Shown: positions 29,051 to 38,367, counted from the first letter of the stretch. The stretch is 64,000 nucleotides of DNA from Acholeplasmatales bacterium (GCA_007694145.1 RECF01000067.1:53960-117959), one strand, 5' to 3'. Made by a program: numbers and translations. Notes: generated from the letters alone by a model not told the origin.

Positions 29051-29676
29051 AAGACATTTTGGCCGTATTAGATAACATGTATCCCGCTGCGCATTGTGAA
29101 CTGAATCACACGAACAGCCTCGAGCTCCTTATTGCCGTGATGTTGAGTGCTCAAAGTACCGATGCCTCAGTCAATCGGCTGACCACAGGCCTGTTCACTA
29201 AATATCGGACCCTTCAAGATTACTTGGATGTACCACTTGATGTACTTGAGCAAGATTTACGGGCGATTGGTCTTTATAAAAACAAGGCAGCGAATATCAA
29301 AAAAACGTGCCAGATGCTAAAAACCTTGTATGGTGGCGAAGTCCCAGCATCACAAGATGCCCTTGAATCATTGCCTGGTGTTGGACGCAAGACGGCCAAT
29401 GTGGTACTCAGCGTATGGTTCGATGTGCCACGCATTGCCGTGGATACACACGTCGAGCGTGTCTCAAAACGATTGAAACTGGCGACTTGGAAAGACGCGC
29501 CGCGTCAGGTTGAAGACAAGTTAATGCGAAAGATTCCCAAAAACAAGTGGTCGAAGACCCACCACCAGATGATTTTCTTCGGCCGGTATCACTGCACAGC
29601 CCGCCGACCCAAGTGTGAAGAATGCCCGCTACAAGGGCCTTGTCGTTATCCTAACATTCATCCGAGATCCCGTTAA
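29038..29676 (+). CDS. nth: Endonuclease III
   Basis: An HhH-GPD motif (LPGVGRKTANVV) and a 4Fe-4S cluster loop with four cysteines at the C-terminus. Confidence 0.9.
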   Translation: MGRVEDILAVLDNMYPAAHCELNHTNSLELLIAVMLSAQSTDASVNRLTTGLFTKYRTLQDYLDVPLDVLEQDLRAIGLYKNKAANIKKTCQMLKTLYGGEVPASQDALESLPGVGRKTANVVLSVWFDVPRIAVDTHVERVSKRLKLATWKDAPRQVEDKLMRKIPKNKWSKTHHQMIFFGRYHCTARRPKCEECPLQGPCRYPNIHPRSR

Positions 29677-29861
29677 GGGGTCTTTTTTGTAGTATGTATG
29701 ACAAGTAGGGGAGAAAGTCAAAGAAATATGCAACTGAAAAAAGCAATAACATACCCCCCAAAATAACCCGAATTATTCTATAATGTATCAGGTGAACCTA
29801 TGTGAAATACATAAATGATATCCATACTAAAAAAAACTATATATATTTGAAAGGACAGGTT

Positions 29862-31127
29862 ATGGACACCAAGAAATTGCGTAGGAATCTCAAGAAAAAG
29901 ATTCAAGAACGTCGTGCCGATTATCCGTTTTTCGGAGAAATGCTGAGGCGGGCACGAGAAGAAAAAGGGATGACGCAAGAAGAAGTCTCCCGGGGTATCT
30001 TGTGTGATACGTACTATTCGAAGATCGAGAACAACAAAATTGAGCCCAAACCGTACTACATTGCTGAAGTAGGTGAACGACTCGGACTTGATTTCACCAA
30101 ACTGTTCAACCGCTCGCGCCAACAAAAACTGTTTGATGATATAACGTGCGCCGTCCTTTACAGTAATCGCGAGCGACTCTGCACACATCGTGAGGCTGTA
30201 CGCCCATTCAACCATCCGCTGCTCAATGATCTCGTCGATCTGGCTTTGGCGGTTGTCGATGGCAAGACAGAAATGTCTACTAGCATTATCGAACGTAACG
30301 AAGCGCACATTACGGCCATGCCTGAAGATGTCGGTGCCGTCATCATCATACTTGCGGCAGTCAATGCCTATGACCGGCATCAGTATGACTTGACCATCGA
30401 GCTTCTCAATACAAGTGCGATGATTCCGGAACTATCCGGTGCCCATCGCACACTGGAACATTACTATCTCTTTTTAGCCAAACAACAGCTTGGTCTGAAA
30501 TTGTCGAGCCTACCCAACTATGTCGAAGCGAGCAACTTGCTCGCCCGTCATCACCATCCTGACAAACTGCTTGAGCTGCGCCTGCAAAAAGTATACTACA
30601 TGATGCAAGAAAACATCCATGATGCCCAAATGCAACTAGAACAGCTGATGATGGCGGAAGTGCCGGAGGCGATTTACAACATGTATCATTATGTGCATGC
30701 CCGTTTGTTATTTATGCATACAGGCGCATCAGAGATGACGATGGCCCATCTCGATGCCATTGAGATGTCACGGGGAAGAGACTGGTATTTCAAGAGCCTC
30801 GTTCTTCGCTGTCAAATCGCCAAGGAAACCGGTATAGGCGACATGAAAACATTGCATGAAGCCTTTGCATCCATGCGCCGCCACGATCCTGCCATTCTCG
30901 AAAAAGTGCATTTCACCATTGAAACAACAGACGATATCCAAACACTGAAAACTTATCTGACAGATGTGGCGGTGCCGTTAGCGAGTGAACGTCAGGATAC
31001 CGAACTGATGCGGATTGCTTTTGACAAGCTGGTCGACATCGCCACCGCTACAAACCGCTATAAGGAAGGCTTGGCATATAAGAGAAAGTATGAAAAAATG
31101 TTAAAACGATTGCAATCGGCAACTTGA
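29862..31127 (+). CDS. HTH (XRE-family) transcriptional regulator with a large helical/TPR-like C-terminal domain, resembling RNPP/NprR-type regulators
   Basis: The N-terminal HTH is LRRAREEKGMTQEEVSRGI...YSKIENNK. It is followed by about 350 aa of repetitive helical sequence. It has its own TTCTATAAT promoter and RBS aaaggacagg. Its stop lies 51 nt before the MATE gene. Confidence 0.7.
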   Translation: MDTKKLRRNLKKKIQERRADYPFFGEMLRRAREEKGMTQEEVSRGILCDTYYSKIENNKIEPKPYYIAEVGERLGLDFTKLFNRSRQQKLFDDITCAVLYSNRERLCTHREAVRPFNHPLLNDLVDLALAVVDGKTEMSTSIIERNEAHITAMPEDVGAVIIILAAVNAYDRHQYDLTIELLNTSAMIPELSGAHRTLEHYYLFLAKQQLGLKLSSLPNYVEASNLLARHHHPDKLLELRLQKVYYMMQENIHDAQMQLEQLMMAEVPEAIYNMYHYVHARLLFMHTGASEMTMAHLDAIEMSRGRDWYFKSLVLRCQIAKETGIGDMKTLHEAFASMRRHDPAILEKVHFTIETTDDIQTLKTYLTDVAVPLASERQDTELMRIAFDKLVDIATATNRYKEGLAYKRKYEKMLKRLQSAT

Positions 31128-31178
31128 TGTCACATTTTGCCATCTGTTTGCTATAATAAATAGATGGAGTGTGATGGC

Positions 31179-32576
31179 ATGCAGGACACGCGCGGTGCCA
31201 TGCTTGGCGGCATGGACGTAAAAAAACTATTGATTCAACTGGCCATCCCCGCAACCATTGCGATGATGGCCAATGCTTTATACAACTTGGTCGATACGAT
31301 TTTTGTCGGGCGCGGGGCCGGAGAAATTGCCATTGGTGCCTTAGGCATCGTTTTTCCGATTCAGATGATTATGATGGCGCTTGCTTTGATGGTCGGCATG
31401 GGCAGTGCCTCGATTTTTTCACGCGCCTACGGGCGCGATGACCAATCGGCCATGCGCCGGTCGGTCAATACAGCGTTGTTGATGAACCTGGTCATCTCTG
31501 TCATCATCGTAATTGTCGGACTCATATACATCGATGCGTTGCTAGGTTTTTTCGGTGCGACGCAAGAAAACTTCGGTTATGCCAAGGACTACATGGTGTT
31601 CATTTTGATAGCCATGGTCCCCTTCTCATCAGCCATTGTCCTAAACAACCTTGCTCGGGCAGAAGGGCGTCCAAAAGTCGCGATGATCACCTTGCTCATC
31701 GGTGCGTCAGTCAATATTGTCCTTGATCCGATTCTTATTTTCGGTTGGTTCGGATTGCCTGAGATGGGTGTGCGCGGGGCAGCCCTCGCCACTTTGATTG
31801 CCAAAAGCCTGTCGTTTGTCTATGTTTTGGCAGCGTCCCTACAAAAATCTTCAAACCTCGGCATTGACTTACGCCATCTTTATAAAGTGGATTTACCGAT
31901 GACCCGTGAGATTATTGCCATCGGTATGCCGACGTTGTTTCGCAATGTCCTTGGGGCCTTTCTTGTCATCATCATCAACCGACTCATCAACCACTATGCA
32001 CCCATTGATCCGGGGCCGGGCATTTACATCGCCATTTATAGTGTCATCAACCGCATGATCATGTTTTTGTTGCTACCGGGTTTTGGGTTGGTGCAAGGAC
32101 TGATTCCGATTGTCGGCTACAACTTCGGGGCGAAGTTACACAAACGGTTATATGATGTAATTGCCTTTGCCACGCGTTTGATTGCCATTTATTTTGTGGC
32201 CGTCTTCTTGGTGACGCTTGTATCAGCGGAGTGGCTGTTCAAACTGTTCAGTCGCGAGGCCGATCCCTTCTTTATCAGCGAAGGTGCACGCGCTTTCCGC
32301 ATCATCGCCGTCGGGTTTACCTTGATTGGTTTTCAGTTTTTGCTTTCAAGTGTTTACCAGGCGATGGGCTATCCGGTTCGTGCATTCTTAGTGACGATGT
32401 CAAGACAGTTTTTTCTCTTCATTCCCCTAGTCTTTTTGTTTACTTTTCTATTCGGTATCAGTGGCATCTGGTTGACCTTTTTGACGGCGGACATCTTGGC
32501 TGGCACACTGTCGTTTGTCATCTACCGTTATGAGATGCGTGACTTGAAAAAGAAGATCCCTCAATATTCTGTTTGA
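31179..32576 (+). CDS. MATE-family multidrug/oligosaccharidyl-lipid efflux transporter
   Basis: A 12-TM protein with a MATE-type N-terminus (LAIPATIAMMANALYNLVDTIFVG). The start may be 31179 or 31214. Confidence 0.85.
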   Translation: MQDTRGAMLGGMDVKKLLIQLAIPATIAMMANALYNLVDTIFVGRGAGEIAIGALGIVFPIQMIMMALALMVGMGSASIFSRAYGRDDQSAMRRSVNTALLMNLVISVIIVIVGLIYIDALLGFFGATQENFGYAKDYMVFILIAMVPFSSAIVLNNLARAEGRPKVAMITLLIGASVNIVLDPILIFGWFGLPEMGVRGAALATLIAKSLSFVYVLAASLQKSSNLGIDLRHLYKVDLPMTREIIAIGMPTLFRNVLGAFLVIIINRLINHYAPIDPGPGIYIAIYSVINRMIMFLLLPGFGLVQGLIPIVGYNFGAKLHKRLYDVIAFATRLIAIYFVAVFLVTLVSAEWLFKLFSREADPFFISEGARAFRIIAVGFTLIGFQFLLSSVYQAMGYPVRAFLVTMSRQFFLFIPLVFLFTFLFGISGIWLTFLTADILAGTLSFVIYRYEMRDLKKKIPQYSV

Positions 32577-32581
32577 GGATA

Positions 32582-32649
32582 AGAAAAACGGCCGGATGAC
32601 CACGGTATCGTCACAGGTGACGAAGCCCGGCATCCAGCCGTTATTTTTA
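32582..32649. terminator. Bidirectional terminator between the MATE gene and the convergent mrp gene
   Basis: A long stem aacggccggatg...catccagccgtt with an internal gtcacaggtgac palindrome. There is an A-run upstream and a T-run downstream. Confidence 0.5.
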
Positions 32650-33651
32650 TGGGCGTGATTTGAGCAGCTTGTTGGCGATTCCGAGAAAGTCGATACCTGC
32701 TTGCTCATGCATGTCATACAAACTATGATGGCCGTTTTTAGGTTGTGCTAGGGCAAGTTGGGCCAACAAATCCGTTTCCAGTCGATCGGCGACCTGACGA
32801 CCGCCGCCTTCACCAAAGAGTGTCAAGCGCGTATCACCATGTTTGTAGTAACTCATGTTCTCAATAACACCGATTAAGTGGTGTTTGAGTTCCTTCGCCA
32901 TGAAACCCGCCTTGACGGCCACATGGGCGGCACTTGGATGCGGTGTTGTGACAATAATCATCTCCGTTGCCGGAATGAGACGCTGAATGTCCATGGCTAC
33001 GTCACCGGTTCCAGGCGGGAGATCGATAATCATGAAATCGAGATTGGGACCCCAAGCGACATCATCGAAAAAGTGACCGAGCATTTTCCCAAGCATCGGT
33101 CCGCGCCACATCAAAGGTTTTTCATCGGTTAAGAAAAACTCCGTGGAGATGATTTGGATGTCACGAGCTACAAAGGGGATGATTTTTTCATTTTCATCGG
33201 CTTTGGGTAAAACGATTTCCATATCGAAGAGCGTCGGAATCGAACTGCCGTATATGTCGGCATCCATCAAACCGACTTTTTGTCCTAGACGTGTCAAAGC
33301 GAGTGCCAAATTGGCCGCAATCGTCGACTTGCCCACACCACCTTTGCCGCTGGCGATGCCGATGTAAGCCGGTTGCTTTTCATTGCTTCTGAGAGCATCC
33401 GGGTCCTTCATCGCTTCGACATCGACCTTGAGACCATGGTACTTGAAATCGATTTTAACCACTTTCGCAATGGCGCGGGTCAAAGTTTGCTTACCTTTAT
33501 CATCTAGGCTTTTCATCGTGACCACGACCGTGACACGGCGTTCATCATCGATGGAAACATATTTGAGACTGTCTTGTTCGTGTAGTGTGACCCCCGAGGA
33601 GGGATCGATTAGCGCGCCGAGCGCTTTTTTCAAATCTTCTAACTGACTCAT
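32647..33651 (-). CDS. apbC: Fe-S cluster carrier ATPase Mrp/ApbC/SalA with an N-terminal DUF59 (MIP18-like) domain
   Basis: P-loop GKGGVGKST, the Mrp signature, and a DUF59-like N-terminus. The start is set at MSQLEDL because the upstream Met codons overlap the cctataatg -10 element. Confidence 0.88.
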   Translation of the reverse strand: MSQLEDLKKALGALIDPSSGVTLHEQDSLKYVSIDDERRVTVVVTMKSLDDKGKQTLTRAIAKVVKIDFKYHGLKVDVEAMKDPDALRSNEKQPAYIGIASGKGGVGKSTIAANLALALTRLGQKVGLMDADIYGSSIPTLFDMEIVLPKADENEKIIPFVARDIQIISTEFFLTDEKPLMWRGPMLGKMLGHFFDDVAWGPNLDFMIIDLPPGTGDVAMDIQRLIPATEMIIVTTPHPSAAHVAVKAGFMAKELKHHLIGVIENMSYYKHGDTRLTLFGEGGGRQVADRLETDLLAQLALAQPKNGHHSLYDMHEQAGIDFLGIANKLLKSRP

Positions 33652-33704
33652 AAGCATCACCGCCATCATTATAGGTCATTCTTAGTGCGCTCGCAAACAA
33701 AATA

Positions 33705-34850
33705 CTAAACTATCAGGACAGGTTCGAACTCTTTGCTAAAAAGTTGGGCTTGATGGACAAGGTCATACAGTCTGGTAATTCTGAGTTCGATGTCAAGAAG
33801 GGGTTCTCTGTCACGCCCTAGTTTGGTAATCAGCGGGAGGGTGAGATCTTTCTTGATTTTACTGAGGTGATCTTGCCCCCGGCTGTTCATACCTAAAACA
33901 CGAATATAACGTGGTGGCGCATCGGCACGTAGGGATTTGTCCGTACCAATCAATACATGCATCAATGCCCGCTTCAGGCGGGCATGTGTATACCGCGAGG
34001 TCAACAGTTGCTCAAGCAATGAAGCGACGGAGTCATACCCTTCAGCCTGTAAGAAACGATGCTCAAGACCCTCTTCAAAACCATGTAAAGCCCTTAGGTG
34101 TTCCGGTTCGGCTGTGGCAAGACGATAGTGGATGAAGGGGAAGAAATCTTCAAGATTGACACCACGTAGGCCTTTTAAGTCTTTATAAACGTAGGCCGGG
34201 ACATACTGTGCAATGTCTTCACCCCGTCGCATCGCTGCCCGAATGGCGGTGGCGCTTTGAATTGCTGTGTTTTCCAAGAGGTCATCGTAGTACCCCGTAG
34301 ACACACGTTTTAGTGCGAAAGGTTGAATGTGGCTATCAAGGCTTCGAATCGCTCGAAGGTACTGAATGCCCAAAATATTGTTCGGTGCGGAGGCATCGTA
34401 ATCCTTTAACAAGGACTTTAGGGCAAGATGGCTACTTGTCGGATAACTTTTTCCCGTGTCAAGATGGGCCCGTAGCCGGGCATGGTACACATCCGTTTCC
34501 ATCACTTCGAGCATGACGGTCAGCGCATGTAAATCACCCGTTTCACTGCCAAAACAAAGGGTGTCCACACCCAATGCGGCAAGGAGACGAACACTGGCTT
34601 GGGCAAACAAGTCGGCATTTTGCAACACGTGGACACCCGGCAGCTCAATAACAAGGTCCACCCCGGCTTCAAGCGCCCATCGTGTCCGCGTGAACTTGTC
34701 CGTGACACTGAACTCACCCCGCTGTACCACATGAGAACTCATGACGGCAATCACCACGTCTGCCTGGCTTTGCTTGCGTGCCTCCTCAAGATGATACAAG
34801 TGACCGAAATGAAACGGGTTGTATTCGACGACAATACCTAGTACAGCCAT
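33705..34850 (-). CDS. tmcAL: tRNA(Met) cytidine acetate ligase TmcAL (YlbM family)
   Basis: MAVLGIVVEYNPFHFGHLYHL is the canonical YlbM/TmcAL N-terminus. The order ylbM-ylbN-rpmF is conserved. Confidence 0.82.
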   Translation of the reverse strand: MAVLGIVVEYNPFHFGHLYHLEEARKQSQADVVIAVMSSHVVQRGEFSVTDKFTRTRWALEAGVDLVIELPGVHVLQNADLFAQASVRLLAALGVDTLCFGSETGDLHALTVMLEVMETDVYHARLRAHLDTGKSYPTSSHLALKSLLKDYDASAPNNILGIQYLRAIRSLDSHIQPFALKRVSTGYYDDLLENTAIQSATAIRAAMRRGEDIAQYVPAYVYKDLKGLRGVNLEDFFPFIHYRLATAEPEHLRALHGFEEGLEHRFLQAEGYDSVASLLEQLLTSRYTHARLKRALMHVLIGTDKSLRADAPPRYIRVLGMNSRGQDHLSKIKKDLTLPLITKLGRDREPLLDIELRITRLYDLVHQAQLFSKEFEPVLIV

Positions 34851-34894
34851 GATTTCACTGCCTTTCCACTATGTAGCACCATTATACCTTATGT

Positions 34895-34923
34895 TTGACA
34901 ATCTCCGCAAACAAACGTATAAT
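34895..34923 (+). promoter_or_regulatory. Consensus sigma-A promoter (TTGACA-17-TATAAT) for yceD-rpmF
   Basis: TTGACA at 34895-34900, a 17-nt spacer, and TATAAT at 34918-34923. Confidence 0.7.
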
Positions 34924-34951
34924 TCACCTGAAGAATGCGAGGTGTTTCCCC

Positions 34952-35416
34952 ATGAAATTCACCCTTCCCGAAATCAAGAAAAAACAGTATCAAGACACCA
35001 CATTCACCACCACGCTGGATGTGTCGGCTTATGCGGAAGAAGACCCTGAAATTCTGGCGATTGCGCCTGTGAAAGTTACGGGTCGCTTTCATATTGAAGC
35101 TGCCACACGCTATCATTTCGACTTGCATATTGAAACCACATTGTCTTTAGCCTGCGCCATTACGCTCGATCCTGTCGAGGTGCCCCTGATTATCGATGTC
35201 ACCGAGACGTTTTGTGAGGGGGCTGTCGATGAAGATTGTCGCAGTATCGAAGGAATAACTATTGACTTATTGCCTATTGTGTGGTCTAATATATATTTGG
35301 AAAAACCTTTGCGAGTTACCAAACCGGAAGCATCGTTTGAGCGGCATTCAGAACCCGATGAAGACGCACCGACCATCAACCCGGCTTTTGCGGCTCTCAA
35401 GAAATTCAAGGAATAG
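34952..35416 (+). CDS. yceD: YceD/DUF177-family protein (large-subunit rRNA accumulation; YlbN)
   Basis: A DUF177-like protein with conserved cysteines, located immediately upstream of rpmF. RBS gaggtg. Confidence 0.8.
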   Translation: MKFTLPEIKKKQYQDTTFTTTLDVSAYAEEDPEILAIAPVKVTGRFHIEAATRYHFDLHIETTLSLACAITLDPVEVPLIIDVTETFCEGAVDEDCRSIEGITIDLLPIVWSNIYLEKPLRVTKPEASFERHSEPDEDAPTINPAFAALKKFKE

Positions 35417-35428
35417 GAGGGACTTGGC

Positions 35429-35632
35429 ATGGCTGTACCACAAAGACGGACATCAAAGACGCGCAAGCGCAAGCGTCGCACCCATTTCAAGATCACAGCG
35501 CCCGGCATGATGGTTTGCCCAAACTGCGGTGAAATGAAACTGTCGCATCGCGTCTGCAAATCATGCGGTCATTATCACGGTCGCATCGTCATCGAGCAAA
35601 AAGACGAAGAACTTGAAGAAGATGCTGCTTAG
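35429..35632 (+). CDS. rpmF: 50S ribosomal protein L32
   Basis: [21 protein letters not shown] and a CPNCGE...CKSCG zinc ribbon. Confidence 0.92.
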   Translation: MAVPQRRTSKTRKRKRRTHFKITAPGMMVCPNCGEMKLSHRVCKSCGHYHGRIVIEQKDEELEEDAA

Positions 35633-35643
35633 CAGTCACGAAA

Positions 35644-35670
35644 GAAGCGCTGATATCAGCGTTTTTCTTT
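35644..35670 (+). terminator. Terminator after rpmF
   Basis: Palindrome gcgctgatatcagcg followed by TTTTTC. Confidence 0.6.
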
Positions 35671-35698
35671 TATATGCGCACAGCCAAAGGAGGCGCTC

Positions 35699-36628
35699 AT
35701 GAAACATATTCCAGTCATGCTTGAAGAAGCGATAGCCTATCTCAACATCAAAGCGGATGGTGTGTACGTCGATTGCACACTCGGTGGAGGCGGACACGCT
35801 GAGGCGGTGTTGTCACGACTGACGACCGGGCGTTTGATTGCATTTGATCAAGATCCATTCGCTGTCATGAAAGCCCGTGAACGACTTCAACCTTACGCGG
35901 ACAAATTGACCGTAGTAGAAGCCAATTTTGCCGAGCTTAAAGTCGCTCTGCATGCGCGTGGCATCGAGCAGGTCGATGGCGTTTTGTATGACCTCGGTGT
36001 CTCATCGTTTCATTTTGACGACCCTGCGCGTGGTTTCAGTTATCATTATGATGCACCGCTTGATATGCGCATGGACACAAGGCGCCAAGATGATGCGCGC
36101 TCCTTAGTCAACACAGCCTCTGAACAAGACTTGCGTCATATCTTGTATCGTTATGGCGAAGAACGTTTCGCGCCGCGGATTGCCGCGGAAATCGTCAAGA
36201 CGCGTCAAGTCAAACCCATCGAAACAACCTTCGATCTTGTGGCTGTCATCAAAAAGGCTTTGCCACAAAAAGTCCTGTCGAAAGTAGGTCACCCTGCCAA
36301 GCAGACTTTTCAGGCTTTGCGGATTGCCTTAAACGACGAGTTGCACGTATTTGAATCATCGCTTGATCAAGCATTTGATATGCTTGCACCCGGTGGTCGA
36401 ATTGTCGTCATCAGCTTTCACTCTCTCGAAGACCGCATCGCTAAGCAACGTTTCAAAGACCGTAGTACGGTGAACCACCCCAAAGAACTCCTGACGATGC
36501 CAACAACCACACCGGACTTTGAGATTCTGCACAAAAAGGTCATTCGTCCCACGGAGCAAGAACTTGCCGTCAACCCACGCGCGAAGAGCGCAAAGTTACG
36601 AGCGATCTGCAAAGTAACCGATCAGTGA
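35699..36628 (+). CDS. rsmH: 16S rRNA m4C1402 methyltransferase RsmH (MraW)
   Basis: MKHIPVMLEE...DCTLGGGGH is the canonical RsmH N-terminus. Confidence 0.92.
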   Translation: MKHIPVMLEEAIAYLNIKADGVYVDCTLGGGGHAEAVLSRLTTGRLIAFDQDPFAVMKARERLQPYADKLTVVEANFAELKVALHARGIEQVDGVLYDLGVSSFHFDDPARGFSYHYDAPLDMRMDTRRQDDARSLVNTASEQDLRHILYRYGEERFAPRIAAEIVKTRQVKPIETTFDLVAVIKKALPQKVLSKVGHPAKQTFQALRIALNDELHVFESSLDQAFDMLAPGGRIVVISFHSLEDRIAKQRFKDRSTVNHPKELLTMPTTTPDFEILHKKVIRPTEQELAVNPRAKSAKLRAICKVTDQ

Positions 36629-36653
36629 AAACCATGAAAGCACTTTGTGATGC

Positions 36654-36683
36654 TTGACTTTCATCGCGTTCCTGTGCTATGAT
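36654..36683 (+). promoter_or_regulatory. Promoter of tRNA-Gly (TTGACT-18-TATGAT)
   Basis: TTGACT at 36654-36659 and TATGAT at 36678-36683. Confidence 0.6.
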
Positions 36684-36701
36684 ACTATCGCTATGCGTGA
36701 T

Positions 36702-36775
36702 GCGGGTGTAGTTTAATGGTAGAACTCCAGCCTTCCAAGCTGATAGTGAGGGTTCGATTCCCTTCACCCGCTCCA
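36702..36775 (+). tRNA. tRNA-Gly (anticodon UCC)
   Basis: GCGGGTGTAGTTTAATGGTAGAACTCCAGCCTTCCAAGCTGATAGTGAGGGTTCGATTCCCTTCACCCGCTCCA. It forms a cloverleaf with anticodon loop CTTCCAA, and is near-identical to Bacillus tRNA-Gly(TCC). The CCA tail is encoded. Confidence 0.9.
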
Positions 36776-36786
36776 CTAAAGCCCAA

Positions 36787-36820
36787 CATGCCGTGTATGA
36801 TTTTACAGGGCATTTTTTTA
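36787..36820 (+). terminator. Terminator after tRNA-Gly
   Basis: Stem atgccgtgta...tacagggcat followed by TTTTTTT. Confidence 0.6.
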
Positions 36821-36866
36821 AGGCAAGTAATTAGGCCTATCTATTATTCTCAAGGAGGAGAAAACC

Positions 36867-37916
36867 ATGATTGTTATTCCAACCGTTTCGTTTGTCGCAC
36901 TCATCATTTTTGTCTTGCTCGGTGTTAACTGGACCGAGTCGATCAAGAACAACACTTTTCGTTTCACGTTGAAAAGACGTCAACTGCTCGCCTTTCTTTC
37001 ATTGCTTGTCGTCATTCCGTTTTTGATTGCCCGCGTCGACGCCAACCAGGTCGGCATTGTGTACGACCCCCTTTCAGGCGGAATTCAAGATTACTCGTTT
37101 GATGAAGGGTATCACATCAAAGCCCCATGGATTGAAGTCTACAACATTCGGACATCCCTGCGTGAAGAAAACTTCGAGGTGACTGCTCAAACCGGTCGGA
37201 TTTTTGACGAAGACGGGACCGATCGCGGCGGTGGCCAGTGGGCAACGTATGAGGTCACCTTGCAGTACCGTGTCCAAGTTGATTTTGCCCATAGGTTCTA
37301 TCGTAACTTCGGGGGAGACGAACCCAACATCCGCACCATCGAAGCGCGTGTACGGGCTGCACTTCAGGAAACATCGAGCCAACACAGCATCTTTGATATT
37401 CTCAAAGGGGATTTAATTTTTGTTCGTGCTTCAGCGCAGGACATTTTGGTTGATTCCATGCTTGAACTCGGGATTACGGTTGAATCATTTATCATTCGTG
37501 ATGTAGATGCGGGTCCAAGCATCGAAAAGGTGGTTCAGGATGAAGCGATTGCCGCTAAGCAACGGGAAATCGCTGAAAAAGAACAAGAAGCGCAGCTTGT
37601 TCGCGAAAATACCGATAGACTGTCCCAAGAAATTCGTGCCGAAGCCTTGATCATTCGTGCTACGGCCGAAGCGGAAGCCGAAGCGCTGTTGGCTTCTGTT
37701 ACCATCAATGCCATCAATGTCATGTATGCCGGTCAGTTTGAGGATTCGGCCGACAGAACAGCATTTGAAACTACCGGTGACGGAGGTTTCTTGACCATTC
37801 AAGAAGTCGCGGACATTGTCCTGACACAGCTTTACTATGATACATGGGACGGCAAGTTGCCCGAAGTCATTGCGGGTGAAGACGGATTGAGCCTCATCTT
37901 GCCAAGTCGCAACTAA
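36867..37916 (+). CDS. SPFH/band-7 (prohibitin/flotillin-like) domain membrane protein
   Basis: An N-terminal TM helix, an SPFH-like core, and an Ala/Glu-rich coiled-coil tail (AEAEAEALLAS). Confidence 0.75.
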   Translation: MIVIPTVSFVALIIFVLLGVNWTESIKNNTFRFTLKRRQLLAFLSLLVVIPFLIARVDANQVGIVYDPLSGGIQDYSFDEGYHIKAPWIEVYNIRTSLREENFEVTAQTGRIFDEDGTDRGGGQWATYEVTLQYRVQVDFAHRFYRNFGGDEPNIRTIEARVRAALQETSSQHSIFDILKGDLIFVRASAQDILVDSMLELGITVESFIIRDVDAGPSIEKVVQDEAIAAKQREIAEKEQEAQLVRENTDRLSQEIRAEALIIRATAEAEAEALLASVTINAINVMYAGQFEDSADRTAFETTGDGGFLTIQEVADIVLTQLYYDTWDGKLPEVIAGEDGLSLILPSRN

Positions 37917-37966
37917 AGAAAATACCCCGACGCATCAAAGATGATGCGATGGGGTATTTTTTTTAT
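37917..37966. terminator. Bidirectional terminator between the SPFH gene and the convergent osmC gene
   Basis: A 16-bp stem aataccccgacgcatc...gatgcgatggggtatt with flanking A-run and T-run. Confidence 0.7.
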
Positions 37967-37971
37967 ATTGT

Positions 37972-38367
37972 TTAGATGAAGCGTATATTCCAGGTCATCT
38001 TTGCAACGTGCGACAAGGTCACGAAGACGCTACAATGCTCCGTAGCGATGGCCATCGCCTTGCGGAACTGTTCTTGCTTTTCTTCCGGTGCACCGGTTAC
38101 TTCGATGTTGACCACGACGGTTTTTAAGGTGGTGGGTACTTCTGTGCGTTTCTCACCGGTAATATCGTACTTGACCGCGTGAAAACTGAGACGTTTTTTG
38201 TCAAGAACCGTTTGGAACGTATGGTTCAAACAGGCAGCAAGCCCGCCAAGAACCATGTCATAGGCAGCGAGTGCACCTTCCTCAGGACCGACACGGGCTG
38301 CGCCGTGATGGCCGGTTAAAATACCATGAAACTGATTGTCGAAAACGAGTTTGATTTGATTTGCCAT
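37972..38367 (-). CDS. OsmC/Ohr-family peroxiredoxin-like protein
   Basis: OsmC-like length and conserved cysteines (AACLNHTF, ATEHCSVF). The start MANQIK follows RBS gaaaggaatga. The ppa stop lies 5 nt upstream, so the two genes are translationally coupled. Confidence 0.78.
   Translation of the reverse strand: MANQIKLVFDNQFHGILTGHHGAARVGPEEGALAAYDMVLGGLAACLNHTFQTVLDKKRLSFHAVKYDITGEKRTEVPTTLKTVVVNIEVTGAPEEKQEQFRKAMAIATEHCSVFVTLSHVAKMTWNIRFI

Noticed and set aside
29730-29765. An 11-codon ORF (MQLKKAITYPPK) between nth and the RNPP-like regulator, considered as a possible signalling pro-peptide.
   Set aside because: It is hydrophilic and has no signal sequence or hydrophobic SHP-like character. 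It lies upstream of, and partly within, the regulator's promoter region. The nearest SD-like sequence is 14 nt from the ATG.
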